From Setoptus koraiensis (Eukaryota; Animalia; Arthropoda), in NCBI GenBank assembly GCA_048013815.1, contig CM106585.1:19716001-19780000 (forward strand): a stretch of 64,000 nt of DNA. Direction: 5' to 3'. The notes under the pieces are model-generated. The model was not told the origin of the DNA and ran no database searches. It was given only the letters and a program-made list of their open reading frames with translations. Positions 58,710 to 64,000 of this stretch are shown here, in pieces. The position numbers were made by a program, and so were the translations under genes. How positions within the stretch are numbered: the first letter of the stretch is position 1; each line of letters starts with the position of its first letter.

Positions 58710-59837
58710 TCAGTCGTCGAGAAAAGTTATCTGACTGGGTCCACCTTTGCGCATATACCTTCGATATCGTTTAAAACAGGCATTTTGACTAAGAGCTGAC
58801 TTGATTTCATCTTCTTTCCTCTTTCGCCAGCTTTGAAAACTTTCCTCACGCCAGAGCTTTTGCTTGAGCATCCAATCAAGGTCTGTTTTATTGTTAATAT
58901 CGGGCAGCAAATTCGTTAAATACGTTGGAGCTAAACTGCACTCCTCTTGTTGTTTGCAGAATGCCACCAAACCTTTCATGTTTTTCTTAATTAAATATAT
59001 CTGCTCTTCCAAACCATAGGCTTGTTTTTTGATATTGAATTTCCAAATCCATCTTAAAAACCAGATAATGTTGTAGAGCATTAACCACGGTGCAAGCAAC
59101 AGTTGTACCCATAAAATGTTTTTGAAATCGGGTAAAGTAGCATAACCCTCTGAGACGACCATCCCCTCCGAGACGATCACATCCCTAACTGTTTGCTCCT
59201 CCAGAATGCGTAAAAACTTTTTATTTGGCCTCTTCTTACTATTAGTGGTCTCGTGTTTTATATGTGAGCTTGATGGTGGCCATAGACCACGTTTTGTTGC
59301 AAGATCTAAAGCCTGATTTCTGTAACGGGGTATGGTGAGTAGAAAATTAACGGCATCATTATACCTTGTTTCCTGTATCCAGTACTGATATCCGGATATC
59401 AGAGTGATAAGCATTGCCAAAGCAAGACGAGCGTCTACTTTAGCACCATAAGCTCTTTTATAGTATCTATAATAATGTTGATAATAATCTTCAGGGTTTT
59501 CCAGCATGTCATCATAATCTTGCTTTTTGCCGGGATCTTTCAGAGTCTCATAAGCAGAAGCTATTAATCTAAATTTCTCGGTTGCAGTTTCTTTTTCCTT
59601 CTCGCTCTTGAAACGATCAGGATGCCATTTTTTGGCCACGGCACGATACAATTTTGCGATCTCATCTTTGGTTGATTCTCTCGTTGCTCCTAGGACGTCA
59701 TAACAATTATTCAAACCACAATATAAACCGGGTATACCTTCAAATTGTTTGCTATGCACAAAATCAACCGAAATTGTTAAACTAATAAATATGCAACTAA
59801 AGAGTGTAACAAGTATGCTATTTGAAAAGTCTAACAT
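58710..59837 (-). CDS. DNAJC25: DnaJ homolog subfamily C member 25
   Basis: A signal peptide, GLYCG..NCYDVLG, a J-domain with HPD, YYQHYYRYY, TM segments and the C-terminal KRYRRYMRKGGPSQITFLDD. Confidence 0.93.
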   Translation of the reverse strand: MLDFSNSILVTLFSCIFISLTISVDFVHSKQFEGIPGLYCGLNNCYDVLGATRESTKDEIAKLYRAVAKKWHPDRFKSEKEKETATEKFRLIASAYETLKDPGKKQDYDDMLENPEDYYQHYYRYYKRAYGAKVDARLALAMLITLISGYQYWIQETRYNDAVNFLLTIPRYRNQALDLATKRGLWPPSSSHIKHETTNSKKRPNKKFLRILEEQTVRDVIVSEGMVVSEGYATLPDFKNILWVQLLLAPWLMLYNIIWFLRWIWKFNIKKQAYGLEEQIYLIKKNMKGLVAFCKQQEECSLAPTYLTNLLPDINNKTDLDWMLKQKLWREESFQSWRKRKEDEIKSALSQNACFKRYRRYMRKGGPSQITFLDD

Positions 59838-60706
59838 GATGCAATATGAACTATACTTTGAGTTGATTTCGTCGGTTCCAGTATTAGCTATATTTCACTA
59901 TTTGTTTCGGATATTCTGTGGTTACCTTGGACTCAAGTTATTTGGCGGAGCTGATAAAATGACTGAGGCAACGAGAACAAAATTGCGCATCATCAAAGTT
60001 GCGACAATCCATTCCACTTGCACTAGTGGCGGTTCAATCATCCATCATGAAGTTGGAACATTGTCTAAACAATTGCGGTGGTTCAGTTCAATAAATGACC
60101 GCGAGAGACGCTCTCTATCGTCTAACAATGCTATAGTTGCTGGACGTTTCAATGCTCATGTGTCCCACTACTAGAAAAAGTGTATCAATCATGAAACAAG
60201 TGCAAAGTTGAAACGTTGTTCGAAACACCCTACAATTGCGGTCTGTAAATTTAAGTGCGGCACAAACGCCTCTAGCGAACTTTTATCAAACCAAAAGTAA
60301 CTGCGTCGAAAATTGTCCACTGGGCATACGCAATGACGAAAAGAACAACAATGGCAAGTGGATGTAGAGCAAGTGGAACAATGTACCTGCCAACTTTCAG
60401 TCTTACACTTGTAAGAAGAACTAGAAAGTCACGATTGCTGGGATGATCCGTCGAACTACTCCTAGTCGTAATTGGATGTACTTGAATGCGAGATCTACCG
60501 GTAGTACGGAGAGAAACCTCGCCAAGAGTGTCGTAATGCTCTAATCAAAATCAACAGTGACACATATTACCAGAAACAGCTACTCTGACAAAATTTTACA
60601 AGTGTTTCTTCTCATGGTACAAATCATCCCATAGAAGAGTCACACCTCTTAACTAACATTGAGTTCGACTTTATTTGTGCGATAAAAGTGCTGATCATAG
60701 AACGGA

Positions 60707-61500
60707 CTAATTTTCAATTACTGAGCATCCACCAACAAGTTCGCCTTTAGATATCCAAGGTTCTTGCTCACCGGATGTATATGTTTCTTTGTATCCCTTG
60801 GCGTATGCGACGGGGTCATAGAAGTCATCTAATGAGACATTTCTACAGCTTAAACACGAGTGGCAAGAAACGAAATATTGGACTAATAAGATATTATGCT
60901 TCGGTATGGAATGAGGAAATAGATGAGACTGCTGATACTTACCTACACATTTGACATAGTTACTCAATAAAGTTGTTATATCACGTACCTCTGAAAGATA
61001 AGGATATATATCATGCAGCAAAGACTTATTTGGACATTCTGATGTTGGTATATAGAGTAATTCGGCGATTGGTGAGCTCATATTGTCGAAGTTTCTCGCA
61101 TGATCGAACCACATTTCAGGTGTTCTCGTTTTACTATGCTTTCCTGGATACTCTTCATCAGACAATGATGCAGTTTTATTTGATGGTTCGCTACTTTTCG
61201 AAATATCAGTTTCTTTACCATTGAAACTCTCTTAAAAGTTGCAAGCCTCTAGGTCCACGTTCGAATGGCAAATAAAACAAGTCAACCAACAAGGCGAGAT
61301 GGTTAGAGCCCAGTTGCTTGTGCCTTGAAGAGTCTTCAAAAATTCTCTGGGAGTCGATGCACAATGGACAATCTTCGCTGGTCTGTGTCTGATCTCTGAT
61401 TTTCTAATTGTTGATATCCATGGGCTCACTATCTTTCTCTTTGGATGAATCATACGGTGGTTATGAGTGCATTCCTTCATGATCAAAATTAGATTGACCC
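60707..61500 (-). pseudogene. Disrupted O-GlcNAcase (OGA/MGEA5) stalk-region relic
   Basis: [22 protein letters not shown] (61218-61283), W..HARNFDNM...LLHDIYPYL..V and GEQEPW match OGA. There are in-frame stops at 61461-63, 61404-06 and 61215-17, and a frameshift after EFQW. Confidence 0.8.
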
Positions 61501-62120
61501 AATGAGGTTTTACGAGTATCGAACAAACTCTCATCAATGCATTATGGGGGTGTGGTAACGCACGAGACATTCATACAATGGTAAATCCCGCTATGGATAA
61601 TTTTGTTGTGGTAGCGTTTTGTTTGTGTCCATTTATACATGAATCGCGAGTGCGTATAGGATTCACTGCCGTGAATGAACAAATTTTTGAAGCACCCAGT
61701 ACAAAAATCATTTGCGCTGACAAGTTGTGAGTTGTGCATACAGTTGTGTGTATTTGTTTGATTTGTGCAATGGCAAATGCAATGCATTTCTCGGGAATTT
61801 CTCACAATTTGTCAGTGTTTAAATCTTTTTATTGCTGCTCTCTTTGGCGTATCATACATAATTAATATTTGCCAATCTTCGGATCAGATATCATAAGCTA
61901 TGATCGAGTGCGTCAATTGCAGCGTTTAATCGCTCACATAGACAGGCCAACCAAGCAACAAGACTTGCATCCGAGACAGATCTGCATTTGGAAACAATGT
62001 TACCTGCCAACCAAGGCTATCTATTATGAACTTATTATTGGTATTAATTTAAGTAATTATCCAATCATACTACATATAATCCAGGATTAGACATAGCTAA
62101 CCTCATGAGCAACATTGTCG

Positions 62121-63056
62121 ATGGCCACTCAAATGAGCACCCAAGCATCAACCATTGCAGCATGTAGCATTGGTGCAACTGGTATCATGCAGAAATGTAA
62201 TCAATTGCAACCTAATCTTATTTGTACCATTGAGGCATCATTTGATCCATACGATGAGGATAGCTGGTTCTTTGGCTCTATGGGTCGCAATGAAGCAACA
62301 GACCTCTTATTGACAGAGCCGGAAGGAGTTTTTATTGTAAGAGAAAGTACAACAAGTCTCGGTGATCTCGTGTTGAGCGTTAAAGAAAGCGCCGATAAAG
62401 TTAGTCATTACATCATCAATAAGATTACTGTTAAAAAAGATTCCTCCAAAACGCACCAAATTAGATTTAAAATCGGTGATCAATCCTTCCTAGATGTGCC
62501 ATCATTATTAACATTTTATAAAAAACATTTTCTAGATACAACCTCATTGAAGAAACCCGCCAAAGTCAGAGAGAAAAAATCACAAATGTTCATCTGTGAT
62601 TATCTTGAGACATTATCACAAAATTCAAATACTACCACCTCGTCTACGTCAGATGACCAACTGTCACAAAGCCAACAATCTAACAAGAGCCATACAATTA
62701 GTGTTTCACCATTAGATATGAGTGGCCAACTAATTACAACTTCCAATCAGGATACCTTCAATCACCTACCGACTCACTTTGGCATTCATGATAACTTCGA
62801 TCATGCAATCAGTGATCACTCGACCACTTTAAAGAGACACCACAATTTACCTTGTCTTGCACGAGTTATTAGATCAAAGATTCCTAACGCCTACGATAAG
62901 ACCGCTTTAACTTTGAAATTAGGCGACATAATCAAAGTAACCGAGACTCGAGTTAGTGGCCAATGGGAGGGAGAGCTCAACGGTAAAAAAGGCCATTTCC
63001 CCTTCACACATGTTGAATTTAGTGAAGGACCTGAAGTACAGCCCGATGTCTCCTGA
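62121..63056 (+). CDS. CRK: Crk/CrkL adaptor with SH2 and only the C-terminal SH3
   Basis: SFDPYDEDSWFFG...FIVRESTTSLGDLVLSV...VSHYIIN (SH2) and IPNAYDKTALTL..GDIIKVT....SGQWEGELNGKKGHFPFTHV (cSH3). The start codon is uncertain. Confidence 0.88.
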   Translation: MATQMSTQASTIAACSIGATGIMQKCNQLQPNLICTIEASFDPYDEDSWFFGSMGRNEATDLLLTEPEGVFIVRESTTSLGDLVLSVKESADKVSHYIINKITVKKDSSKTHQIRFKIGDQSFLDVPSLLTFYKKHFLDTTSLKKPAKVREKKSQMFICDYLETLSQNSNTTTSSTSDDQLSQSQQSNKSHTISVSPLDMSGQLITTSNQDTFNHLPTHFGIHDNFDHAISDHSTTLKRHHNLPCLARVIRSKIPNAYDKTALTLKLGDIIKVTETRVSGQWEGELNGKKGHFPFTHVEFSEGPEVQPDVS

Positions 63057-63069
63057 ATGCCACCAATTG

Positions 63070-63385
63070 TCCCATCAAAGGTACAATTAGAGACAAAACT
63101 GACTCTTCTGACGATCTTACGTATTCTGTTTCCCATTCCATTTTGAACATGTTTGTGGGATATAGGTGGCCGAATGATCTCTAATGTAATTGTCTAAATT
63201 TCATCGCCAGTAATTGATCATCTTTGCCTGTGCACTGATCACGACGGATTGATAGAATGACAAAATGCTATGAATTGCTGTTAAGTCCGGTCACCAGCTG
63301 ATTCACGAAGTCTTTTTACGAGATTCGAAATGACCTGTGGGCTGGTCACATTCGACATTGACCGATCCGAAGATTTACTGACCAT
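63070..63385 (-). pseudogene. Possible FMC1 (C7orf55)-like relic
   Basis: Manual translation gives ISNLVKRLR..., SATYI, NGK and RSSEES in the order expected for FMC1, broken by stops and frameshifts. The match is weak. Confidence 0.35.
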
Positions 63386-63454
63386 TGGCCGCTATTATCA
63401 ATTCAAATTGTTTGCCATACAATTGACGGAAAGGAAAGAGAAACAAGAGGCGCG

Positions 63455-63697
63455 ATGGACATAACCGATAACAACAAATGCGCCTTTTGTGATGAACCAA
63501 AGAACCAAGCCAAATATCAGTGTCCTAGATGTAATAAGAGATACTGCTCACTAGCTTGCTACAAAAAAGAGACTCATTCTGGTTGCACAGAGTCATTCTA
63601 CAAGGATTGTGTCCAGAAAGAATTAAGGAGCTTGGTTGTAGACAAAAATGCAAGGAGAAAAATGCTTGAAATACTCAGAAGACAAACTGATCAATGA
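63455..63697 (+). CDS. ZNHIT2: ZNHIT2-like protein truncated just after the HIT zinc finger, 80 aa
   Basis: CAFC...KYQCPRCNKRYCSLACYK...HSGCTESFYKDCVQKEL...KMLEILRR. Confidence 0.75.
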   Translation: MDITDNNKCAFCDEPKNQAKYQCPRCNKRYCSLACYKKETHSGCTESFYKDCVQKELRSLVVDKNARRKMLEILRRQTDQ

Positions 63698-63788
63698 CGC
63701 GTCCGAAACGCGATAAAACATCCGTTCCTTGCGAGTATTGGTTGCTGGAAGAATAAATCCACAGTTATTATTTAAAAAACAATAATGA

Positions 63789-64000
63789 TTACATAACTTG
63801 TTCAAGTCTTTCATATAATATGACAAGTTCGCAAAATTCGGTGTGAGGAAATAGATCCACTGCGATAGCTTTTTTTGGAACAAATGGTTGATTCTGGTAT
63901 GCCTTAGATCGCGGACGACACAGGTCAATCAAATTCCTGTTAGTTCTGGCGTCGCAGGCAACGTAGATAATCTTCTTGATCTCGGAGCTTCTCAAAGTCT
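63789..64000 (-). CDS. TRMT2A: tRNA (uracil-5)-methyltransferase TRMT2A, 3' end only
   Basis: IIYVAC...NLIDLCRPRSK...PFVPKKAIAVDLFPHT.FCELVILYER. The ORF runs off the window edge. Confidence 0.88.
   Translation of the reverse strand, partial: TLRSSEIKKIIYVACDARTNRNLIDLCRPRSKAYQNQPFVPKKAIAVDLFPHTEFCELVILYERLEQVM

Noticed and set aside
60707-61500. Stop-codon reassignment or read-through as an explanation for the in-frame TAA/TAG in the OGA relic
   Set aside because: Frameshifts occur as well, and the intact genes in the window end normally with TAA, TAG or TGA.

Overview
Eukaryotic, gene-dense, intron-poor DNA with short GT-AG introns and Q/N-rich low-complexity insertions in proteins. It looks arthropod and probably mite-like; this is an inference, and the species cannot be determined from the sequence alone. 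I can support about 20 protein-coding genes: a DNMBP-like RhoGEF (partial), tetraspanin, GH18 chitinase, eIF5, a REV1 homolog, DRAM, glycogen debranching enzyme AGL, an orphan membrane protein, ETHE1, a GMC oxidoreductase, FBXL16, NCOA5, an AUTS2/tay-like gene, SPTLC2, CDK11, MRPL51, Ski/SnoN, DNAJC25, Crk, ZNHIT2 and TRMT2A (partial). I found no tRNA, rRNA, CRISPR array or autonomous transposon. Three things stand out. (1) REV1 keeps its BRCT and C-terminal scaffold domains but has no polymerase domain. (2) There are two deletion-riddled local gene copies: a LARP4/AGL template-switch mosaic inside the GMC intron, and an inverted, half-length FBXL16 copy that supplies the stop codon of the AUTS2-like ORF. 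(3) The right third of the window holds domain-trimmed or decayed genes (kinase-only CDK11, Crk without nSH3, zinc-finger-only ZNHIT2, O-GlcNAcase and FMC1-like relics). Together these suggest deletion-biased, microhomology-driven genome compaction or a decaying duplicated block. Amplification or assembly chimeras remain an unexcluded alternative for the near-identical copies. All gene identities come from my recall of family motifs and manual translation, not from database searches.
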